A stretch of DNA of 64,000 nt from Takakia lepidozioides. Taxonomy: Eukaryota > Plantae > Bryophyta. The notes beneath the pieces are model-generated. The model searched no databases and was not told the origin of the DNA. It was given only the letters and a program-made list of their open reading frames with translations. The stretch spans positions 35,216,001 to 35,280,000 of the forward strand of contig CM060731.1 of NCBI GenBank assembly GCA_030704615.1, in the 5' to 3' direction. Of this stretch, positions 12,840 to 23,292 are shown in pieces. Position 1 is the first letter of the stretch. Each line of letters begins with the position of its first letter. The position numbers and the translations under genes were made by a program.

Positions 12840-14050
12840 GTGACGGCACCACTAGCATGCCCACATAGCATACAACGCAACCTTGCAGGTACCACTGAAA
12901 GGTTGGGATCTATCCTCCCATCCACATGTGGAAGGTGATATGGTGCACAATTGCGCACATAGTCTTTCCATACCATGCCATCTCGACCCTCCAGAATCAC
13001 ATCTCCTGAAAGCAACACCTCCTTGATCCTTAGAATCACACATCCTGCTGTGACGTCCAAGGTCGTAGGCGATGTCTGCTGTAGATACACATAGTCCCCA
13101 GGAAGGAAACACCAAACTCCTGGCCGATATTCCCCTCCACGTATAGTGACATACCTCAATGTGTCTCGGTGTTGGGCAATAGCAAGGTTCTCAAAAGCCA
13201 TAGGCATGACTCTCTTGAACAACTCTGCCTGCTGGGCACATGCTTGTGTCCACACATCCGATCATCAGAGAGGACTACTGCAGCCTCATTGCGAATAGAT
13301 GCAGACAAATCCGGCTCTCGGCCAAAGAGAAGGAAATATGGTGAGAAGGAGGCAAGTGATGCTTGCTTGCTAAACCTGTAGCCCATGGCTAACCAAGGTA
13401 CATGAAGATCCCAATCTCCTAGGTGTCCCTTTTGCAAGCCATACTTGCGCAAACCTCTCTTCACCATCTGAACAACTCTATCTGTCAAGCCATCGGCCTC
13501 AGGATGATCCCGAAAAGTGGTGCGTGGTCTATCAAGGCTTTATCACACAAAGCCTGAAACTCCCCCAAGAACTCTCTCCCTTGGTCCGTGAGTACCTCAG
13601 CTGGAGCGCTGAATCGGCTAAGCACACGATCCAAGAATGCATACGCAGCTCCCTCACTAGCCTTATCAGGCAATGAAACCAACTCAATCCACTTGGAGAA
13701 GTGCTCCACCATCACTATCACATATCATCACGGTGCATAATTGTCATGACACGGCCTGCGAAGTCAAGACTCCACCTGTAGCCCAATCCCATGATGGGTA
13801 AATGATGCAACTGTGGTGTAGGGGCGTTAAATGAAGCACGCACCCTGTCACACACCATGCACCTAGCCACGAACTGTTGCACCTCTGTGTGCATACCACG
13901 CCACCAAATCTGTCCTTGCAGTAGACTATGAGTGTATCGCACTCCAAAATGCCTCAACTCCTCATGGGCATGCCGCACTAACCGTACACACTGTGTTGGG
14001 TGAGGCACAATCCTCACCCGACCATCCTCCCACACTCGGAGCATGTGGAT
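12840..14050 (-). pseudogene. Gypsy integrase with truncated C-terminal PHD-finger start
   Basis: AHEELRHFG..CMVCDR; RWSLDFAG; VEHFSKWIE; LTDQGREF; SPYFLLFGRE; FLPGDYVYL; LRCMLCGHASGA then an abrupt break at ~12838. Confidence 0.85.
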
Positions 14051-14399
14051 CCCCTCCCACTTGAACCTCTTGGCTCGTTGCAAGATCCGATCCCTCTTCT
14101 TGGCAGTTACACTAGCTGTCATGTCTCCAGTGCGGAGGTAATCCAACACAACCGAATCCTCATGTATATCTCTGGCACCACCTGGCTCATCACTAGCCTC
14201 AGGGTCCTTAGACACTCCGTCTACATTTATCCCTATTGTAGGTCCAACCTGACCTCCCGATGCCAAGATACACAAAAAGGCAGATGTATGCCATCCGACA
14301 CCATCTCCTCGTCCGTCTCACCATGCCACCGAGCTCCAGTGTCATCCTGCTGGTTCGTGCATGGATTGCGATTCAATCCATCCGCATCCCTATTGACCA

Positions 14400-15780
14400 A
14401 ACCCGGTCGATGCACAACCTGAAAGTCATACTCTTGGAGTATAAGTGCCCACCGTGCAAGCTTCCCCGTAAGCTTGTCTGACTCCATCAACCACTTGAGT
14501 GGCTGGTGATCCGTGACAAGGGTGAAGAGATTGTCGTATAGATAGCACCTGAAGTGTGCCACGACCCATATTGCAGGTAAGCACTCTCCTTCATATGAGC
14601 TATACTTAGACTCTGCAGCGTTGTTCGAGCAGCTAGTATAAGCCACTACGAACTATTTTCCCTCATCATCCACCTGTGTGAGCACCGCTCCAAGTCCCAG
14701 TATGCTACAATCCGTATGTAGCTGAAAGGGGCGCCCTCTGATAGGTCGTCTCAAGATGGGCGCCGAGATCAACCTCGCCTTGAGCTCTTAAAAAGTTCGT
14801 TCTTGCTCATCTTCCCACTACCACTCCTGGTCTACTTTGGTCAGCTTGGTTAGAGCCTTTGCAATAGCACTTAATCCCTTGACAAACCATCTATAGTAAG
14901 TTTGCCAAACCCATGAAAGCTCGAACTCGGCTCACATCCGTGGGGCGTGGAATCTGTGCGATGGCCTCTACCTTAGTCTACTATACCCCCAATCCTCCAA
15001 GATATATCATGTGGCCCAAATACTCAATCTGGTTGTGGAAGAACTTGCACTTCCCGGATGTAATTTCAACCCGTGCGCTCTCAAGTGCTCAAACACCACT
15101 TGAAGGTGTCTCTCATGCTCCTGCACCGTAGCACTAAAGATGACATGATGTCATCTATGTAGCACCGAGCAAAGTCCACCCCTCCTAGAATCTTGTCCAT
15201 AACTCTCTGGAACTCTGCAAGAGCGTTCTTAAGTCCGAATGATAAGAACCGCCACTGATATAGGCAATTGTTCCCGTGCTCATTGATCCCCCAGAATGTC
15301 GTCTTCTGCTTGTCCGCCTCCTTGATCGGCAACTGGTGATATCCGGACCGCAAGTCCAAAGTGCTAAAGACCTTGGCATGCCCAATGGCATCAAAGATCT
15401 CCTCTGGTGTGGGCATGACATACTTATCGGACTTGGTCTGACGATTTACAGGCCGGTAATCACCACACATTCGTCTTTCCGTCCAATTGCCATAGACATT
15501 TTTCTTGGCTAGCATCACTGTGGTTGAAGCATACTCTCCACCAGAGAGCTCCACCAAACCAGCCTCCCAGAGATCTTGAGTCCTCATCTGAATCAAAGAC
15601 CTCTCCATGTCACTGTATCTATAGGGTCTCCGAAAGATTGGCGTGTCCGTGGCCAACTCAATACGAATCTCCTGACCCTTCAGTGCTCCCAAATCCTTCA
15701 AACTGAAGGCAAAACAATTCCTATAAGCCCTCAGGGAACCGCCGTATACATCATCTCTCTTCTCCAGTGATAATGGGTCT
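14400..15780 (-). pseudogene. Gypsy reverse transcriptase and RNase H
   Basis: ORFs 15081-15884 and 14233-14646: PYRYS, RMCGDYRPVN, LDLRSGYHQ, FGLKNA, CYIDD, YSSYEGEC, VTDHQPLKWL. Confidence 0.9.
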
Positions 15781-16099
15781 AATATCAGGCTCCCAATTGT
15801 CCTCCGGAACTGCAACCTTAAGTCCACCAGACTTAGAGGTAGGAGACATGTCCCATGGTTGCTATACCGCAACCTCTTGAGCAATACTCCCTGCCTGCTC
15901 AGTTAGTGACAAGGCCTCATCCTGCCCCATCATCTCATCCTTGAGGACCTCCTCAACCCGAGAATAATCCCCAACCTCATCCATCACAGCCGCCTTGGCT
16001 GCCAACTCCCTCTGAACCTCGAGCACCTCCCACGTGTGTCATGGATGTCTGCACCCCGTGGTCCTCACCGGCTCGCTCCCACTCACTGCTTGTACCGTC

Positions 16100-17161
16100 T
16101 CGGTAGGCAGAGAGACCATCAAGGGAAGTGCACTCCCGCACTCTATGTTGCTCAGCCATAGCCAAGCTGATAATCCAGGTCAAGCAATTGAGATCCACCG
16201 CTTGCCCCAACACCTGACGACGCGATGCCTCAGAAAGAGAAGGCACCGCCGTGGTCCCAATGGAAAAACCCATCGCCCGCTCACGCTCATCAGCATTAGG
16301 CTCCACTAACTGCTGCAACTGAGCATCCCACAGGAGGCCAGGTCCACTATCTCGAAATGCATGTGATCCATGAAAGCTGAGCAGTGTAAGTAGTGTTGCT
16401 CGTGGTTGACCCACCTTGTTGACCAATGCCAAAGGCGAGCGGTCATCGTGTCTCACACGCTGAGACTGCCTCCATGTGTCCAAAATGATATCCACTGTGA
16501 GGTGTGTTGGCCGCTGCACCCCATCAAATACATGTTTGAGCAGTGCAGGTGACATCAAGTTAATCCACCATAACCGTGGACGATGAGCCCGTGACCCCAC
16601 TGCAGCTGCATCCAACAATACTACTAACCCAAGCCACGACCGGACTTGATGCACACTGGCCATCACCCTGGCCCGAGAATCGCCCAACAGTGGCACATTC
16701 TCCAAGATGTATGCTGGAGATACAGCTTGATGAAGCTGTAAGTGGCGCAAAACCCGCACCATCTCCCAAAACAGACCCGACCTTGAGTCTTGCAATCCAT
16801 TGTCATGCCCGGCTGATGAATGCCCTTGGCAGGGCCAACCTGCCACTACCAAATCAATGGAGCCAACCCGCTCCAAATCCTACGCCCCCAGCAAAGAAAT
16901 GTCTGCTGGCAAGACCTGCTGATATCCACGAACCGCAGACACCGGCAACAACTTAGGGTACTGCTGCACCAACTGAGCAACATGACGAAGTGAGACGCGT
17001 CGTGCAGTCTCATCTCTCTCCACATATAAGTAACGTCGTACTCGTACACCTGCCTGAAGCACAACAGCCAATCCGGTGCTGATCCCGCCAAACAAGTCCA
17101 GAAGGCAAATGCCTTCATCCGGATACTGCCACACAATAGGTGTGGTATCCAATGATGACAA
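16100..17161 (-). pseudogene. DNMT3-like C5 cytosine methyltransferase domain embedded in gypsy Pol; one in-frame TAG at 16880-16882
   Basis: Motif I LLDLFGGISTG; II YVERD; IV DLVVAGWPCQ; V SGLFWEMVRVL; VI YILENV; VIII DAAAVGSRAHRPRLWWINL; IX ERERAMGF; X RRQVLGQAVD. Order and wording parallel DNMT3 (LSLFDGIATG, GGSPCN, LFENV, AHRARYFWGNL, EMERVFGF, RQRLLG). Confidence 0.9.
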
Positions 17162-17363
17162 CTAAGGTGGCTTTGGTGCAATAACCACACTCTCCTCCTC
17201 TCCTGATAGCACAAAAGCCTCTACCCAGGCTTGTTGCACCCGCCAATCAGCAACCCGCTGCAAATCCTTGCTCATGCCCCACAATGAAGTCTGAGCAACC
17301 ATAGTAGGCAACTCCGCCATACCATACCATATAATGAGTGTTGTCATCCAACAACTCTCCAGG

Positions 17364-17804
17364 CTAAGTCACTGCAGCTGTGAATGCTGCCAGTGTCGGC
17401 ATCTTGCCCCACTGGGCAACCGCAACTCCACCTATGAACGTCACGGAGAGCTGCACACGCCGGTCCTCCCCTGACTGCCATCCAGGCCTATAGGATGCTG
17501 ACTCCTTCCAAAAATCCAGGGTGAAGCCCATGGGGTACGACACTGCCCCACCAACAAGGACATCGTACGAGACCGCGTTTGTCACAATGACCTTGGCTCT
17601 TATCACTGAGCCATCTGTAGGATGATCCGGCTGTAGTCGGATAGCCAACTCACGCCGTGTCATGCTCCGAGCCTGCTCTGATCCTCCCAGGGATGTCTGT
17701 ATCTGGAAAATGCAAGGCTCCATGTCCGCCTCTGTGAGGCCCAAGCGTGCAATAGCAGCTCTGCCCATCATCAATGGCTGAGTTTCCGAGTCCAACAAGA
17801 CTCA
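17364..17804 (-). pseudogene. Gypsy aspartic protease
   Basis: VLLDSETQPLMMG (degenerate D-S-G) ... YDVLVGG..YPMGFTLDFW. Confidence 0.75.
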
Positions 17805-20012
17805 TAGTGGCCAGTACATCTTGCCTGCCGGTCCACTCAAACAGAAAATGTCATCCTGGTTGTTCAACATGACAACTCCGGGTGTCACCATGGCGCGCTC
17901 AATGGCTGGCCTAGCTGGTAGCTCCATCAACCTGGCAGTTGTAGCTTGCCATGACGCCGCCGTGGCAGGCTTGACCCTCACATTCGAGGATCCCTCCGGC
18001 ACTACACCTCCCACTATCTCCGCAAAAGATGAAGTAACCTCCCCACTCTCACAGAGTGTAGCTGCCAGCCTGAACACCTCAGCTGGTCTTACCCCCGGCG
18101 TCGCAATCATGGTAGAGGAGAACAATGGAGCCTGACCCATAGATGTGGCCGCCCCCAGCTGCACACTAGCTGCCGTAGCCTTGGCAACACTAGGTAGTGG
18201 TGCTGCCCGTGTAGCTCTCCCCAATGGCATAGTAACCTCCGCCTCGGTAACAGTCGGGCAAAAACTAGGTACCATGGTCGACATTGTCTCCGCCAATGTG
18301 AATGACTGAGGAAGCTTGGCCTGATAGTTTGCCTCCCCACGCTGTGGATCCAACTCCACCTCTATACCTGTCGTCTTTCTCTCTACAAGAAAAACATATC
18401 GTTGTGGAATAGACTACCTATTCTCCGTGGGAGACTTACTATGCCTCCGGCTAGCCCGCTGTCAAATCCCTACTTGTCGTGCTGCCTTCCCCGCCATAGA
18501 GCTGTCCATGAGTGAAATGTGAAATGTTCTAATTTTTTTGATATTGTGCAAGATATTCATGAATGTCTAAGGTTCATTTTCACAAATGAATCTAAAGGTA
18601 ATCAGCCTTCATGGCAATTGTAAGTTTATTTTTTTCCTTACCTTTTAATAAAGTTACAATCCCCCTGTTCTGTTAAAAAAATAAAATAAAATAAATCTAG
18701 GCATTTCCCTTAAAAAAATAAAAAAATCTAGGTATCAGTGTCTCCAGCTCAAATTATGGAGGAGGTGATATGCATGTGTGTGTACAGAGGGATGGCAGCG
18801 TGCTCCGGCGCCCTCCTGCGAGCGCACGGAGAGGCCATACCCAAGGGCCTGTCTTGTCTTTGCTGTGACCTCACATCGTGCAGCAGATTAGTGGCCCAGG
18901 AATTGGAGCTGCGATGGGCAATGCGGGGCCCAACTTACTTGGAGGTGATAGCTACGATGCTTCGCCATCTTACAGGGGAAGCGAACAATGGTATGACATG
19001 TAATTGCGTGTTTCTTGAGTTTTACTGCGTTATGGTGAAGAAGTGGGCTCTAGAGTAATATGCTTGTAATCGTGCGCTTGTATGAAATATCCTAAAGTGC
19101 TTCTATATCACCTTTTCTATTGATTGTGTGTGTAAGAGAGAAAATGGGAAAGAGAGAGAGAGTGAGAAGAAACCATGGTGAGAGAGAGTTACATTGCCAT
19201 CATTATCGGCGGATATCGGCTGGAAGCTTCTATGCATTGATTTTGAGCTCATTCCGCAATGTGGAGGCAAATGTAGCACAGATACACACGTTGATTTTGT
19301 ATCTTTGGAGAAATGCAGAACCACAACTGCCAATCACAGCGAGGGAATGGATAACGGAGTGAGAGAGTGCTGTGAGAGTGGGTGGGACAAACCCTTGGGT
19401 CCCCAAGGAATATCAACCCTTGCGGAGCCAGTTTGGGATCCAAGCACACCAGGTTATGGAAACTCAGAATGTAACCCTACAGCGCCGGTTGCATAGCCCA
19501 TGACATTGAGCTTACGAAAGGAACAGATAGAAATGAAATGGAACTTTATAACCCCTGCAGAAAGCTCAAAGAGCTTATGGGACAAAAGGAAAGCAAGAAA
19601 CAAGAAAGAATGAAAGACAAAGAGCAAAGCCAGAAGCAGCCCTAAAGCAACTACTGCTCAAGGGATTGTCATGGAACAGAGTGGAATCTGCCATGGATCT
19701 CATAGTAAAAAGGGCAGCAAAAGGAGAAGTGCTCTCAGTTTCGATGCAACGGTTGGGCCCCGTGCAAGCTGGGCATAGGTGGTCTTCTCATTGCAAGTTT
19801 TCCCATCTACCAGTCTCTATCCTTAAATTGTGGGAGCCCATCCTGAATTGCCCCAATGCCTTCAAAAGACAGAGAGATAAAGGTGCAGATAAGTAATTAG
19901 GCCGCAAGATTCTATCATCATGGACGCGAGGATTATTGAAAGCCTACATTTGCATTCCTCAAGACAGGCAATAAGGAGCTGCTAATATACATGCCTTGGT
20001 GTTTGCATACAG

Positions 20013-20472
20013 GCCAAGCGATAAGCCCAGAACGCCTCTGTCAGGAGTTCTTCTCAAATTCTCTGCAGTGGTGTGACAAGGTGAGTCCAGTTTCATAAGA
20101 GTGGACAAGGGTTTTTCAAGGAGGCGTGTGACTGGCAACATAAATTGTATTGTGTGTGGCATTCTCTCCAGCAGAACCAAATACTATTGCCAGTAGATCC
20201 CTGTTATTTTCTTAAGGTACTTGTAGGTCGGGTTGTTGTAACTTGGCTGTTTTCAATCCATTGCTACTGAGCTACACGTTGTTTTCACAGATAAGTCCAA
20301 AATCGCCAGACTTGAGACATAAGAATACCAAGGAGGTCCTTTGGGTTGAGAGTTGGTCGAACCCTCCTTGGGTGCAAGCAGAGCTACCGCCAATGATACA
20401 AGGTCAAGAACAATCTGTTGATGGTTCTATAATTGGTATTCGCCATGGAGCTGCAGGCAGAGGATACAACGG
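20013..20472 (+). CDS. Two predicted upstream exons (20013-20080, 20291-20472) encoding an OSB-type PDF motif, splicing in frame to the PPR-DYW ORF
   Basis: QAISPERLCQEFFSNSLQWCDK|ISPKSPDLRHKNTKEVLWVESWSNPPWV; GT-AG introns 20081-20290 (phase 0) and 20473-20744 (phase 2: GG+G then ATG 20746); the same exons occur in the paralogue at 41130-41608. Confidence 0.65.
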
Positions 20473-20745
20473 GTATTTTTTTTATGATGATTCAGGGGTT
20501 CCATCTCATACAGATAGAATCGGTACAGTGTACAAGTCCACTGCTTTCATATAACCTTGCAAATAAATAAAAGAAGCCTGCTTAGCACACCAAAAGTTTC
20601 GCTAAGAAATTAACAAAAATAGGGGCTTCGCCTTCTGCCTTCATGGGCTGAACAGATATGTTATTGAAGTATCTTGGACCTTTGAGAGAGAGTATGTAGG
20701 TTTGAGTGTAAAAGTTCGTAACTCAAGTGTTTCAAGTCATGCAGG

Positions 20746-23292
20746 ATGGCAGGGTTGAATCAGGCCCAGTTGTTCGTTGGATGTCAGACTGTCGTCAGGG
20801 GTAGCTCCTCCACTATCGCCACTTCTCTCCAAACAGGACCAAGAGATGGAATGAGCAAGAATTCTTCTGGTAATTCGGGATATGTGAGGACTCTTTTTAA
20901 GGCAGGACAACTGAAAGAGGCGCTGTACATTTTGAACCAACCAGGCACTCAGCCAGACTCCAGTAGTTATGTCTCTCTCTTGCAGGAGTGCATCAAGAAG
21001 AAAGACCTAGCAGATGGAAAGCAGGTGCATGCCCACATTATGCAGAATGGATGCAAGCCAACCATCTTTGTACTCAAGACCCTTGTCAACATGTATGCCA
21101 AATGCGGGAGCATGGTGGATGCACGCCAAGTGTTTGATGAACTGCCGGAGCGAGATATTTTTAGTTGGACTATAATGATAACAGGATATGCCAAGAACAG
21201 TTGTGGTTGGGAGGCTTTGACTACATATGAGCAAATGCAAGAGGAAGGTGTAAGGCCCAACAGGGTCACATTCATTTGTGTCCTCAATGCATGTGCCAGC
21301 TTAGGAGCCCTAGCAAAGGGGAAAAAGGTACATAGTGACATAGTGGAAGTTGGTATTGTCCCAGACATCATTCTGGAAACTGCGCTTGCTGACATGTATG
21401 CAAAATGCGGGAGCCTGGAGGATGCACATCAAGTGTTCGACAATATGGCTCATCGAGATGTTGTCTCATGGAATGCCATGATCACAGGATATGCTCAGCA
21501 GGGGTGTGGTAGAGAGGTTTTTGAGATGTATGAGCGAATGCAACAGGAAGGGGTGATGCCGAGCAGGGTCACGTTCATATGTGTTCTCAATGTGTGTGCC
21601 AGGCTAGAAGCTCTTGAGGAGGGCAAAGAGGTCCATGCGCATATCATGAAAGCTGGAATTTTGTCATACATGAATTTGGAGACTGCCCTTGTGAGCATGT
21701 ATGCCAAGTGCAGGAGCATGAATGATGCACGTAAAGTGTTTGACAACATGGTGAAACGAGATGTTGTCACATGGAGTGCAATGATTGCAGGATATGCTCA
21801 GCATGGGTGTAGTAGGGAAGCTTTGGAGATCTATGAGCAAATGCAACAGGTAGGTGTGACACCTGATAGGGTCATGTTCATTTGTGTTCTCAATGCATGT
21901 GCCAATCTAAGGGCACTTGAAAAAGGCAAAAGCGTCCATGCTGGCATCATTAAAGCTGGCATCGCATCATATATTAATTTGGAAAATGCCCTTGTTGACA
22001 TGTATGCCAAATGCGGGAATATGAAGGATGCCCATCAAGTGTTCGACAATATGGCTCAACGAGATGTAGTTTCATGGAGTGCACTGATTGCAGGATATGC
22101 TCAGCATGGGTTTGGCAGGGAGGCTTTTAGGCTCTATGAGGAAATGCAACAGGAAGAGGTGACGCCTGACAGGGTCGCGTTCATTTCAGCTCTTAATGTC
22201 TGTGCAAGCATAGGAGCCCTGGAAAAGGGCAAAATGGTCCATGCTGACATCATGAAAAGCGGATTCGCATTATCTACTAGTTTGGAGACTGCGATTGTTG
22301 ACATGTATGCAAAATGTGGGAGCATGAATGATGCACATCAGGTGTTTGACAATATGACTATACGCAATGCGGTGTCATGGAGTGCAATGATTGCTGGATG
22401 TGCCCAACATGGGTGCGGTAGGGAGGCCCTGCAACTATTTGAACAAATGAAACAGGAAGGCTTGAGGCCAAATGGTATCACTTTCGTATCTGTTCTCTCT
22501 GCATGTAGCCATTCAGGCCTAGTGGCTGAAGGCCGTCACTACTTTGATTCAATGAGTGAAGATCATAGCCTCAGTCCTACAGTGGAGCATTTTGGCTGCA
22601 TGGTGGATCTTCTTGGCCGTGCAGGGCAATTGGATGAGGCAGAGGACCTCATTAACAAAATGCCTGTCAAACCAGATGCTGGGGTGTGGAGGGCTTTGCT
22701 TGGGGCTTGCAGAATTCATGGTGATTTGAAGGTAGCAGAGCATGCGGCAAAAAGCATTCTCAAGATTGACCCCCAGCACGCTGGAACTTATGTGCTGCTA
22801 TCAAACATCTATGCTGCAGCTGAGAGGTGGAACGATAGAACAAAGGTGAGAGAATTGATGGAGGAGAGAGGTGTCAACAAGGAGCAAGGGCAAAGCTGCA
22901 TTGAGCTGGACAACCAGATGCACACGTTTGTTGTAGATGACATATTGCATCCACAAATTGAGGAAATCCATGCTGAACTGAGAAGATTGTCTGAGCAGAT
23001 GAAGGAGGCTGGGTACTTCCCTGACACACAGTTTGTATTACATGATGTGGAGGAGGAGCAAGATGAAATTTATCTATGCCATCATAGTGAGAAGCTAGCC
23101 ATTGCTTATGGGCTAATCAGAACACCCCCTGGGACACCTGTCCGTATAATTAGGAACCTGCGGGTGTGTGGTGACTGCCACACTGCCGCCAAGTTCATCT
23201 CAAAGATTGTTGGGCGCGTAATTGTTGTACGGGATGCCCATCGTTTTCACCACTTTGAACATGGGGTTTGTTCTTGTGGGGATTACTGGTGA
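20746..23292 (+). CDS. PLS-class PPR protein with E1/E2/DYW cytidine deaminase domain (organellar C-to-U RNA editing factor)
   Basis: 848 aa uninterrupted ORF; ~17 L/S/P motifs ending P2-L2-S2; E1 VWRALLGACRIHG; HSEKLA, NLRVCGDCH, CSCGDYW. Confidence 0.97.
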   Translation: MAGLNQAQLFVGCQTVVRGSSSTIATSLQTGPRDGMSKNSSGNSGYVRTLFKAGQLKEALYILNQPGTQPDSSSYVSLLQECIKKKDLADGKQVHAHIMQNGCKPTIFVLKTLVNMYAKCGSMVDARQVFDELPERDIFSWTIMITGYAKNSCGWEALTTYEQMQEEGVRPNRVTFICVLNACASLGALAKGKKVHSDIVEVGIVPDIILETALADMYAKCGSLEDAHQVFDNMAHRDVVSWNAMITGYAQQGCGREVFEMYERMQQEGVMPSRVTFICVLNVCARLEALEEGKEVHAHIMKAGILSYMNLETALVSMYAKCRSMNDARKVFDNMVKRDVVTWSAMIAGYAQHGCSREALEIYEQMQQVGVTPDRVMFICVLNACANLRALEKGKSVHAGIIKAGIASYINLENALVDMYAKCGNMKDAHQVFDNMAQRDVVSWSALIAGYAQHGFGREAFRLYEEMQQEEVTPDRVAFISALNVCASIGALEKGKMVHADIMKSGFALSTSLETAIVDMYAKCGSMNDAHQVFDNMTIRNAVSWSAMIAGCAQHGCGREALQLFEQMKQEGLRPNGITFVSVLSACSHSGLVAEGRHYFDSMSEDHSLSPTVEHFGCMVDLLGRAGQLDEAEDLINKMPVKPDAGVWRALLGACRIHGDLKVAEHAAKSILKIDPQHAGTYVLLSNIYAAAERWNDRTKVRELMEERGVNKEQGQSCIELDNQMHTFVVDDILHPQIEEIHAELRRLSEQMKEAGYFPDTQFVLHDVEEEQDEIYLCHHSEKLAIAYGLIRTPPGTPVRIIRNLRVCGDCHTAAKFISKIVGRVIVVRDAHRFHHFEHGVCSCGDYW

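Larger units (their letters stand above)
12838..18510 (-). mobile_element. Decayed Ty3/gypsy internal region with domain order PR - DNMT3-like MTase - RT - RNase H - IN - PHD (truncated); no LTRs recognised
   Basis: VLLDSET protease; MTase motifs; RMCGDYRPVN, STLDLRSGYHQ, YIDD (RT); LHTD, YEGEC, TDHQPL (RH); H-H-C-C zinc motif, WSLDF, TDQGREF (IN); CMLCG after IN. Confidence 0.9.

Noticed and set aside
22870-23292. U-to-C (DYW:KP-type) editing domain
   Set aside because: HSEKLA, CGDCH and terminal DYW are canonical C-to-U features
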